Shown piece after piece: positions 36,204-46,401 of a stretch of 64,000 nucleotides of DNA (the first letter of the stretch is position 1; every line of letters begins with the position of its first letter). A program made the position numbers and the translations under genes. Source of the stretch: an uncultured Planctomycetaceae bacterium (GTDB taxonomy: Bacteria > Planctomycetota > Planctomycetia > Planctomycetales > Planctomycetaceae); contig CAWFAK010000005.1 of the NCBI GenBank assembly GCA_963813715.1, positions 96,001 through 160,000 of the forward strand, given 5' to 3'. Under the pieces are notes generated by a model that saw nothing but the letters and a program-made list of their open reading frames with translations, was not told the DNA's origin and searched no databases.

Positions 36204-36739
36204 CCGCAAGCCGAAGCAGCGGCCGTCGGCCCTCTACGCGCGACTAACACCCCCTGGTCGCCGTTGTGCATCACTGCGGCGTCGTCACCGGTCGCTTTTA
36301 GATGCGAGCGTACCGGCCGGTCAGGCTCTCTTCAGGGCTCGATTACGTGGCCCCCGCCGACCGGGTCGATCGACCGTTTGCCCCCCATTTGGAGGTCCAA
36401 AATCCCGCTCAGACCCCAATCCATCGGTAATGTAATGAACTTGTGATTATGCCAGTAAGTTATTTCAGGAAAGCATGTTAACGGAAGTGTCTCGCCTGAG
36501 GACCGTCTCGGATCCGTAGCTTTGTACACCCCATTTGGCCATCCCGGGGTTGACCGGTTTTTGCGGAGGCCATACATACGTTGCCACACATGTAACTTGA
36601 TTGATGCGTGGTGGTGTGCTCTAATCTGAGCCCTGCCCGCCTTGGGTGCTCCGACCTGCGGACCGGCCTCTGAAGTCGGTTTCGCCGAGCCCCCTCTACC
36701 TCCCGCCGCGGTTTTCTGTCTGTTACTACCGGAGGGCCA

Positions 36740-38253
36740 ATGATGAAAGCTCTAGTAGCCATACTGGCAATGTCGACTTCTGTCGCCGCAGGTACGGCGG
36801 TCTACCTGTCGACGACTCGGCCAAAGCTGACTCCCAAGCCGACAATGACGGCCACCGTCCCCACAGCGGACGCGCTAGCTGACGTGACTCCCCTTGCTCG
36901 CCGGACGCCGGCTGAACGGACCGACGTGGGCGGCCGGCTGGTGGCGGCCTCGGAATTCGAGGTTCGGGCGACGACGAGCGGCAGCGTCCTGCACGCCCGT
37001 GTCGATCCGGGCGACTTCGTCGAAAAAGGTCAAACTTTGATCGAATTGGAGAACATTGCTGTCGACGAATCGGTCCGACGAGCGGAAACCGGCCTCGAAC
37101 AAGCCAAGAGCGACCTCGAGGCCGAGCAGGCACGGCGGGCCAACATTGAGCAAAGCCAAGCCTCGACGGGCCGATTTGCGTCGCGAAGCGGTCTGGGACG
37201 TTTTGCCCGCAGCGACGAGCAGCAGGCCCGAGCCCGGCTGGCCGAGGCCGAAAATGCCCTCGCCAAGGCTCGCCAGTCACAGGCCGACGCCCAAATCGTC
37301 TCCCCGATCAACGGCTACGTGGCCGAACGGCGGGTCAGCATCGGCGACCGGGTGTCTCCGGGCACGGAGGTCGTTCACGTGGTCGATATTTCGATCCTCA
37401 AGCTGACGGTCGACGTGGTCGACGTCAACTCGTCCGAAACGCTGTCGACCCGCGAAGCACTCGTCACCTGCGAGGCGGTTCCTGGTCGGCAATTCGTCGG
37501 CCGAGTGGTCCGCTCCTTGAGCAACGACACTGCCCCGGGTCATACCAACACGCTGACGATCGAAGTCGCCAATTCCGATCGAGTGCTGAAGCCGGGAATG
37601 GCGGCCCGGCGCGGCTCGTATCCGAATCGTCCGGCGAGTTGGCATACGCCTCGCGGTCGGGCAGCTACGGCTCGCTACGGCGGCAATCCGCGAGCACGGC
37701 CAACGGTCCCAGCGATGGGGACCTCTTCCGCGAAATGGTCTCGAGCATCAAGGGCTTGGCCGTCACGCTGACGGCTGCGGCGGACGCCCAGAACAAAGAT
37801 TTGACGCGCAAGCAGGAAGCCGCCAAGGTGACGGTCGACGCGACGACGCAATACTTCGGACTCCTCGAACGGCAGGTCAACGACCTGCGGCCGGAGAATG
37901 CGGCGCACCACGCGGTCAGCCTCGAGAAATCGGCCGACGAAATCGATAGTCTGCCGATCCTGCACGTCGACGAGGAGCTGTTGGCTTTCGGGGCGGAGGT
38001 AGCCCAAAATCTGCGTTCGATGGCCGAACGCCGGCGGTCGATCAGCCGCTCGCGATCCAATGCCGACGTGACCGTGTCGGATGAAGCGCAGTCCGAGAAC
38101 AGTGCGATTCGCACGCAGGGGATCCAAAGGATCACCATCGGCCTGGCGGGCATGCGGCGCAAGATGACCAAGAAGTACAATCTGGAGTTCCTCGCCAACG
38201 CCGGAAACCTGCGGGCCGCCGCTTCGACGCGGCGACACACCGCCCGACGCTGA
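36740..38253 (+). CDS. RND efflux periplasmic adaptor (MFP)-like protein, probably fused to a C-terminal helical domain; frameshift near 37610
   Basis: Lipoyl halves VDPGDFVEKGQTLIEL and IVSPINGYV, a coiled coil, and LKPGMAA. Frame 37639..38253 continues without a gap. Confidence 0.7.
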
Positions 38254-38317
38254 AACGTGGCCCGTCCCCGGCCGGTGCGTTTCGCGCCGGCCGGACGGGT
38301 TGGCACGAAAGGCCTGT

Positions 38318-39454
38318 ATGAGCCACGCCAATCCGGAAGACGGTTTTCGCGACGCCACGCGAGTCGTGCGCGCGGGACTTCCCGCGCCTGCGCAAGGCGA
38401 GGCCTTCTTGCCCGGGCCCGTCTTTGCCGCGATGTTCCAGTTCTCGGGCGACCCGGCAAGCTCGCCCTTCACATACGGGCGGTTCCACAATCCGACGTGG
38501 AACCACTACGAGGCGGCGCTCGCCGAGCTCGAGGGCGGTCCCGCGGTGGCGTTTGCCTCGGGAATGGCGGCGGTCGCCGCGGTGCTCGGCACGGCGCTGG
38601 GGCCGGGCGACGTCCTCGTGATGCCGTCCGACGGTTACTACACCTGCCGGCTGCTCGCCAAGGGGCATTTTGCAAACGCCCAGATCTCGGTCCGCGAAGT
38701 GCCAACGGCCGCCGTCCCAGCCGAACAGCTGCGCGGCGCCAAGCTGCTGCTCCTGGAGACGCCGACCAATCCCGGACTCGACGTCTGCGATATCCGCGCG
38801 CTGGCGGCCGCCGCAAACGAGCAGGGAGTTCTGGTCGCCGTCGACAACACGACGCCCACGGTGCTCGGTCAGCGTCCCTTGGCGCTCGGTGCCGATTTTT
38901 CGCTGGCGGCCGACACCAAAGCGCTCTCCGGCCACGCCGACTTGATGCTGGGGCACGTCGCCTGCCGGAGCGAAGAGGCGGCCCAAAAACTAAGAACGTG
39001 GCGCACACAGATGGGATCGATCCCAGGACCGATGGAAGTCTGGCTGGCCCACCGCTCTTTGGCGTCACTCGATGTTCGGCTCGAGCGGATGTGCGTCAAC
39101 GCGCTGGCGATCGCGCAGTGCCTGGCCGAACACCGGGTCGTGCGGAGTGTGCGTTATCCCGGGTTGCCGGCCGACCCGGCGCATGCCGTCGCGCGACAGC
39201 AAATGAGCCGCTTTGGTCCCGTCGTCAGTTTCGAGCTGGCCGGCCAGGCGCAGGCTGAGCGGTTCTTCAAAGAGTCGAAGCTCGTGGACGAAGCCACCAG
39301 CTTTGGCAGCGTGCGGACGACGGCCGAACGCCGCGCCCGTTGGTCCAGCGACCCGGTTTCTCCCGGGTTCATCCGGCTGAGCGCAGGCTGCGAGGACACC
39401 GGCGACCTGCTGGCGGATCTGTCGCGAAGTTTGGATGCAGTGTCGCAAGACTGA
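38318..39454 (+). CDS. Cystathionine gamma-lyase / Cys-Met metabolism PLP enzyme
   Basis: YGRFHNPT, FASGMAA, ETPTNP, VDNT, TKALSGH (PLP Lys), YPGL and IRLSAGCE. Confidence 0.92.
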   Translation: MSHANPEDGFRDATRVVRAGLPAPAQGEAFLPGPVFAAMFQFSGDPASSPFTYGRFHNPTWNHYEAALAELEGGPAVAFASGMAAVAAVLGTALGPGDVLVMPSDGYYTCRLLAKGHFANAQISVREVPTAAVPAEQLRGAKLLLLETPTNPGLDVCDIRALAAAANEQGVLVAVDNTTPTVLGQRPLALGADFSLAADTKALSGHADLMLGHVACRSEEAAQKLRTWRTQMGSIPGPMEVWLAHRSLASLDVRLERMCVNALAIAQCLAEHRVVRSVRYPGLPADPAHAVARQQMSRFGPVVSFELAGQAQAERFFKESKLVDEATSFGSVRTTAERRARWSSDPVSPGFIRLSAGCEDTGDLLADLSRSLDAVSQD

Positions 39455-39714
39455 GACACATTCCGCGTCCCTTTGCCCGGCAAAACCGTTCCGATTGGCC
39501 AGATCCGGTCCAAATCTCGCGTTTCTCCGGACCGTCTTCGCTCTGCCGCGCGATCGTAACCTATCGTTTGCCAATACTTTGCGCGGCGGGAGCGGTCTGG
39601 CGCGCGGGCATTCCCGGCATGGCTCTTGCATTTCTTACAGCCTGGGGCGCACGACGGAACGTGCAGTCTCTCATGGGGCAGAACCAAAAGCGAACCAATG
39701 ACGGAGACATCATT

Positions 39715-40059
39715 ATGAGGACTGCGATTCGAGCTTTGACAGTGGCCGGCATCGTCGGAATGGCGATGCTTGCGGGCAATGTTTCGACGGCGAAGGCGGC
39801 ACCGTACTGGAATCGGCCGGGCTACGGACGATTCAATCCGGGCTATCGGGCTTACGTTTATCCGTATGCCGCCGGACCCTACGCGTACGGCTACGGCTAC
39901 TCGTATCCGGGTTATTACGCCGGCTACACGCCGGGGTACTACGGCTACGCGTCGCCGGGCGTTTACGTCGGCGGGGGCTACTGGGGCGGCCGCGGATACT
40001 ACGGTCATGGGTACGGGGGCGGCCGTGGCTACGCGCACGGCGGCCACTGGCGCCGCTAG
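39715..40059 (+). CDS. Small secreted Gly/Tyr-rich low-complexity protein
   Basis: Signal peptide ending AKA, followed by about 85 aa rich in YG/GY/YP. Confidence 0.75.
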   Translation: MRTAIRALTVAGIVGMAMLAGNVSTAKAAPYWNRPGYGRFNPGYRAYVYPYAAGPYAYGYGYSYPGYYAGYTPGYYGYASPGVYVGGGYWGGRGYYGHGYGGGRGYAHGGHWRR

Positions 40060-40084
40060 AGGTCGGGAGCTAGCCAACGAGAAC

Positions 40085-40118
40085 GAAAAGGCGAGGGGGC
40101 AGACCCTCGCCCTTTTTC
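40085..40118 (+). terminator. Rho-independent terminator
   Basis: ggcgaggg-loop-ccctcgcc stem followed by a T tract and preceded by an A tract, about 25 bp after the stop at 40059. Confidence 0.75.
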
Positions 40119-40223
40119 ATTGCGAACGCCGTGGAACTCCGCACGCCGAGGACCCGTCTTAATCACGTTCCCACGTCTCTCTGGTAGAATCGCGGCCCCG
40201 TTTCTCTTGTCGGAGGATCCGTC

Positions 40224-40643
40224 ATGTCGCAGCGACGTCTGGCCGTATTGGGAATCGTCGGCGTTCTCCTGATCGTGGTCGTTGCCGGCGGCTTTTGGAT
40301 ATCTGATCGCCTCGAGCAGCGTCTGGCAGGGCTCGGGCACGAGGTCGCGTCACTCGAAATGGCGTTTCTAAAGCGCGCGTCGGAAACGGGGACGATCCCA
40401 GTTGCCAGTCCCCAGGTTCAGTTGAGTTGGGTAACTCCGGACAACAGCTTCGCGGTGCCCGCGCCCCCGGCGATTGCGACCGTCCGTCAGTCGCCCGGTC
40501 GATTCGCCGACGGCACGCCGCTCCCCGACGGCACTACCGCGCACGAAATCAACGGCATTCCCTATTACATCATGCCGCTGGCGGACAGCGCTTCGATCGC
40601 GCCGCTGGCGGGCGTCGGAACCGTGACGACGACTCGTCGCTAG
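40224..40643 (+). CDS. Hypothetical single-TM protein
   Basis: ggagga RBS, TM LAVLGIVGVLLIVVVAGGFW and C-terminal HEINGIPYYIMPL. Confidence 0.65.
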   Translation: MSQRRLAVLGIVGVLLIVVVAGGFWISDRLEQRLAGLGHEVASLEMAFLKRASETGTIPVASPQVQLSWVTPDNSFAVPAPPAIATVRQSPGRFADGTPLPDGTTAHEINGIPYYIMPLADSASIAPLAGVGTVTTTRR

Positions 40644-40670
40644 CCGAGCCGGGGCGCAATAGACAAAGCC

Positions 40671-43600
40671 TTACTGCCGCTCGCGGTCGGGCGATTGCTT
40701 CACTTTGGCAGCGCCGGAGCGATGGCCCGAGTCGCGCGACTTTTTGCTCGAGCTTGCGGTGCCCGAACCCGCCGTGCCCGATCCTGCCGCCGGGCGCGTG
40801 GCCGGCCGTTCGATCCAGAATCGCTTCCGCTCGAACGGATACGTGGGCAGCACCATGCGGCGGCAACCCGCATCGGCGTAAACGCTCTCCCAATCGACAT
40901 GCAATCCGGCCTGATACAGCTCGGCGAGGGATTGAACGAACGCGAGACGCTCATCGGTCCCCGAGCCCAAGCTTGCCAGCCAGCAGCCCGCCGACTGGAA
41001 TCGCGAATCGTCGCGGAACAATCGCCGCGTCAGCTCGAGCAACGTGCCCCCGGGACCCACCTCGAGGAAGCAATCGCAGGCTTCGGCCAGCGTGCGGGCG
41101 CCTTCGGCAAAGCGGACCGGCTCGAGCAGCTGTCGACACCAATAGTCGGCCGTCGCAATTTCCGCCCCGGCGGGCCGCCCGGTTAGGTTAGACAAGAGCA
41201 GCGTTTGTGGCGGCGAAAGCGAAATCGATTCGACGACCTTGCGGAACTCAATGAAAGCCGGGTCGTCGGCCGACAGGTTGGACCGGCCGGCCAGCGGCAA
41301 TTTGCACGCGGCGATTCGCCGAGAGGTGAGTTCGCGAGCAAAGCGGCAGAGCGCCTCGGCCTCGCCCGCGACCACGACCTGATCGGGACCGTTGATCGCG
41401 GCGAGCGAGATGCCCGGCACGATCGGCAGCAATTCGCGAATCCTGGCTTCGTCCGCGCGAACAGCCAGCAGACCCTCGCGTCGTGTCGTCTCACGTTCGA
41501 GCTTCGCGCGGGCGGCGACCAGACACAGCCCGTCTTCGAGACTGAAGACGCCCGCCACCGCGGCCGCCGCGTACTCGCCCGCGCCGTGGCCGATCAGGGC
41601 CGCCGGTGCGACGCCCCACTCTCGCCACATCTGGGCCAACGCGTATTCGATCGCGAAGAGCAGGGGCTCGGCACTTTCGGGCCGGCTCGCCAGCGGAGCC
41701 GTCTCCTCGAAGAGGGGAGCCAGCAGCGGTTGCGGCAGATCGTTGGCCAACAACTCGGCACAACGATCGAGCGTTTGGCGGAAGCGCGGCTCTGTTTCAT
41801 ACAGCCGGCGGGCCCGTTCGAGCGACTGCGTGCCGACGCCGGGAAACAGAAAGCCGACGCGCGTGCGCGACACGTGCTTCGCCCCGTTCTCGCTGCCGTT
41901 CTTGGCCGCCGAGAGCGCGGCCACGAGTGCGTTGCGGAGCTCGGCCACACTCGAACCGACCGCCGCGAACCGCTCGCCAAAGTGTGCTCGGCCAACGGCC
42001 GCCGTAAAACAAATATCCGCGAGCGAGGAATCGTCCGCGTGTTCAAGCGCATCGCGATAGCGGCCGATCAAGGCCCGCAGCGCCGTGTGACTTCGTGCCG
42101 AGATCGGCAGCACGTGCGGCGTCCCGCCCGGCCGTTGTTGGGTCTTTAGCGACGGAGCCTCTTCGAGGATCACATGCGCGTTCGTGCCGCCGATGCCCAG
42201 CGAATTGACGCCGGCCCGCAACGGCTCTTCGCCGCGCCGCCAGTCCGCCAGATGCTTGTTGACGAAGAACGGGCTGTTGGCAAAGTCGATCCGCGGATTG
42301 GGCGTGTTGAAATGCAGCGTGGGTGGGATCTGCCGATGATAAATCGCCAAGGCCGCCTTGATGAAACCGGCGACGCCCGACGCGATCTGCAAGTGGCCCA
42401 CGTTGGTCTTCACCGAGCCGACCGCACAAAATTCCTTCTCGCCCGTGTGCTCGCGAAACGCCTGCGTGATGGCGCCCAGTTCGATGGGATCGCCCAGCAC
42501 GGTGCCGGTGCCATGCGCTTCGACGAAGCCGATCGTGCGGGGATCGACGCCCGAGCGGGCCAGCGCGTCGCCGACGACGTTCGCCATGCCTTCCTGGCTG
42601 GGGGCCAGATAGCCAACCTTGCCCGAGCCGTCGTTGTTCATCGCCGAACCCTTGATGACCGCAAAAATGTGGTCACCGTCGGCGATCGCTTCGTCGAGCC
42701 GTTTGAGCAGCACCATGCCGGCCCCGTTTCCGAAGACGGTCCCTTGGGCCCGCGCATCGAAAGCGCGGCAATGGCCGTCGGGCGAAACAATCATGTCGTC
42801 GAGGTAGAGGTAGCCGGCTTCCTGCGGCACCTTGATCGACACGCCGCCCGCGAGCGCCATGTCGCACTCACCGTAGCGGACGGACTGCGCCGCCATGTGG
42901 ATGGCAACCAGGGTCGTCGAGCAGGCGGTCTGCACGTTGATGCTGGGGCCGCGGAGGTTGAGCTTGTAGGAGATGCGGGTCGGCAGGTAGTCCTTGTCGT
43001 TGGCCACCATCACCTTGAACCCGCCCATCGAGTCGAGCGTGAAGATCTCCGACGGATCCTGCGGCGACTGGAAGGCCTGCGCGGGGCACAGATTGTTGAC
43101 CAGGTAGGTGTTCATCACCGCGCCGGCATAGACGCCGACCGAGCCGGCATACGCGTGCGGGTTGTAGCCGGCGACCTCGAACGTCTCCCACGCACACTCC
43201 AACATCACCCGCTGTTGCGGGTCCATGAGCGCGGCGTCGCGGGCGCTGAATACTGAAGAACTTCGCGTCGAACCACTCGATGTCGGGCAGGACAGGCGCA
43301 ACCTTCACGTAGTCGGGATTGGCCAGCAGGCTGGGATCGACGCCGGCGGCCAACGCTTCTTCGTCGGAGAAGAACTGCATCGACTCGACGCCGTCGCACA
43401 GGTTCTGCCAGAACTGCTGGAAGTTGCCCGCGCCGGGAAGCGGCAGGCCATGCCGATCACGGCGACGTCGCCCGCAGGGGCGACATTCGTGCGTGCGGCC
43501 TTGCGCCGACGGGCCGCAGTCCGTTCATCCGCCGGCGACCCCGCGTTGGACTTCGCCTGCCGGCTGAGGTAACCCGAGAGCGACTCGATCGTCGGATAGT

Positions 43601-45833
43601 TGAACATCTCGACCAGCGAGATCTGCGGGCCGAAGCGGTCTTGCAGCTTCACGTGCATCCGCGTCAACAGCAGCGAGTCGCCGCCCAGGTCGAACAAGTT
43701 GTCGCGGACGTCGATCTGCTCGAGGGACAGCGCCTCTTTCCAGATCTCGGCGAGCTGCTTTTCGATTTCGTTCTGCGGCAGTTGCGGCTGGGCATGTGCG
43801 GCACGAGCGTCGTCGGGCTGCCGCTGCAGGCGACCGACGGCGGCCAGCACGGCGGCAAACTCGCCGGCGGCGAACCGGCGTGCCAGTTCCATGCGTTGAA
43901 TCTTGCCGATCGCCGTCTTGGGGATCGCCTCTTTCGCGACAGGGAGCAAGAAATCGGGTCGCACGCCGGTCTGGCGGACGAGTCGTTGCTGGATCTCACG
44001 CAACAGCTCGCTCAGCGGCGTTTCTTCATCGGTCGCCGTGTGGAAGAAGACGGCCAATTCCTCGCGGTCGCTGCCGGGGCGACGCACCGCGCAAGCCGCG
44101 GTGAATGAAGGTTCGACGCCGGGCACGCCGCCGACCGTCTCTTCCAACTCGCTGCAGGCGTAATTGACGCCGCGAACGATGATGCTTTCCTTCGCCCGCC
44201 CCGTGATCACCAGTTCGCCGTCGGCCAGAAGTCCCAGGTCGCCGGTTTCAAACCAGCCGTCCGCGTGAAAGACGCGGTTGGCTTCCGGGTTGTGAAAATA
44301 GCCCGGCGTGACGGCCGTGCCGCAAACCTGCAAATGGCCGATCGTCGCTTCCGGAACGACCTGCTGCTCGTCGTCGACGATCCGCAGGCCGACGCCGGGA
44401 ATCGGCGGCCCCAGGCTGGCGAAGGTGCCGGCGCTCTCGACTTCTGACTTGGACGAACCCGCGGAGGGCGCCGGCGCGCCGGACCGCTGCACCGAGAGAA
44501 ACTTCAGCGGCCGATCGTGCCGCACGACTTGATACGTAATGCCCGAGCCTGTTTCCGCCATGCCGAACGCCGGCCGAATCGCGGTCGCGGGAAGTCCATA
44601 AGGCGCGAGCTCTTTCAAGAAGGGCTCGGTCACGGTTTGCGAAACCGATTCGCCGGCCGTCAACATTCCGTCGACGCACGACAGGTCCCACGTCGGCGCG
44701 GGCGAGTTACCCGGCCGCGCGGTGAGTGAGCTCGTCACGAGCGAATACGCAAAGTTGGGCGCCCAGGTGTGGGTGACCCGATATTTGTCGATCAGGTCGA
44801 GCCAGTGCAGCGGCCGGGCGATCACACTTTCCTTTTCGGCATACACCATCCGACAGCCAAGCAGCACGCAGCGGAGGTGCCAGTCCGAAATGCTGCCAAT
44901 GTGATCGAAGGGCAACCAGTTGAGGACGACGTCCTCAGCCGTGTGACCGCACAACAGATTCGCGCCGTGGGCACGCTGAATGATGTTGGCGTGCGTCAGC
45001 ATGATGCACTTGGGTACACCCGTGCTGCCGGACGTGAGGCTGAAGAACGCCGTGTCTTCGGGGCGAGCTGCAAACGTATCGTTCGCGGGAGCCGACGTGA
45101 GCAGGCTCGCAATGTCCGTCGTGCGGACCGATTCGACATCGAGCCTTCCGGCCAATGAGCGGACCGGTTCGAGCAAGTTGCTCTTCGTGATCAAGAGCGG
45201 ACCATCAAGCAGTCGCCAGACCTTGCAAAGCTGCTCGAGGCCTCGGTTTTCTCCGGTGAACGTGGGAGGAATTTGCGCGATGGCCGGTCGAATTCCACCG
45301 AGCAGACAACCCCAGAACGCGGGCAGTACATCGGCACTGCGATCGAGCAACAAGAGTGCGCTGTCACCCGGCTTGAGTCCCAACTTTGCGAGACCACCGC
45401 AGACGGCCGAGGCTTCGCCGAGCAGGTCCCCGAAGTTTTGCCATTTTTCGCTCCCATCCGCGCGGACATGCACGAGGCTCTGGGCCGAGTCGTTTTGCGC
45501 CGTGCGCCGCAGTGCATCGGGCAGCGTTTGCGGGAATTCCGCGAGACCTGGCAGAGCGACCGCCGGGCAGTGCGCAAGAGCGGGAGAGGGGGCAGGAGCA
45601 TCGCTCATTGCCGCGTCCGGCGTTGTAGACAGTGAGGTCACAATCCGCACGTCAACTTGCTCGGCCAGATTGGCTGCACGTTCATTCAGCAGGCCACGCA
45701 GATCGTCCACCGACCGATCGGCTTCGACGACGCAGCGGACCGTCCAGCGCCCGTCCGATCCGGGGAGCACTTCAAATGCGCGGATCCACGCAGCTGAGGC
45801 GAACAGAGAGAGCAATGTCGCCGATGGATCCAT
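40671..45833 (-). CDS. Hybrid adenylation-carrier-KS-AT synthase (McyG/TubE-like A domain, T, KS, degenerate AT); frameshifts near 43435 and 43250
   Basis: A domain: LTSGSTGVPK, NWLPFDH, TWAPNFA, AFGMAET, FETGDLG, PKTAIGK. T: FDLGGDSL. KS: VAVIGMACRFP, MDPQQR, QTACST, EAHGTGT, KTNVGH. AT: GHGAGE, FLEVGPG. Linker LPTYPFER. Confidence 0.9.
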
Positions 45834-46401
45834 AAGCCCGCAATCTCGCGCGACGATTCCGTGCCGGGCAAACTGGTTCGACGCCGAACCCCTGGTCCCA
45901 AGAGTGGCGCAACAAACCATTTCCGCGAGGCATTTTTGATGCCGCGGTTGCCCAGACAGTGAATCGCTTCGTGTTGTTGGAGTTGATGGCCTGACGGTCA
46001 GCCCGGATTCTTAAAGGTCGCGTCATCCGGGACAACGGCTGACTGCGCGTGCAGTCGATGCGGGCTCTGCGACGGGCCTGTTCGACCGCGAACGCCGGTC
46101 AGCGCTCCCAGCTTCGCTCACCTTCGACTGCGGTCCAAAAGTCAGTAGAGAGCCACTGTTATGTTGCGCAAGGCAAAAGTCAAGAACTGAGGCCTAAAAC
46201 CCCCAGATCAAACTTGGACCGTCGCCCGCCGGATCGACGAATCGTTGTGATCGTTTAAGAGTCGCGCCTGACCCAGCAGCTCGTTTGGCCGCGGTGCGGG
46301 CGCCAAAATTAAATGCGGTTTAGAGAACCCAAAGTCTCGCGCGTCTTCGGCAGGGCCGTCGCGACGAATTGAGATCTCCGCGGCCGCTGGCTCGGCAACA
46401 G

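Noticed and set aside
36204..36739. Riboswitch or ncRNA in the long intergenic region
   Set aside because: No family consensus recognisable by eye. An Rfam/Infernal scan would be needed.
39715..40059. Gly/Tyr-rich protein as a RiPP precursor linked to the neighbouring synthase
   Set aside because: It has a Sec-type signal and its own terminator, no modifying enzymes are adjacent, and such low-complexity secreted proteins are common in planctomycetes.
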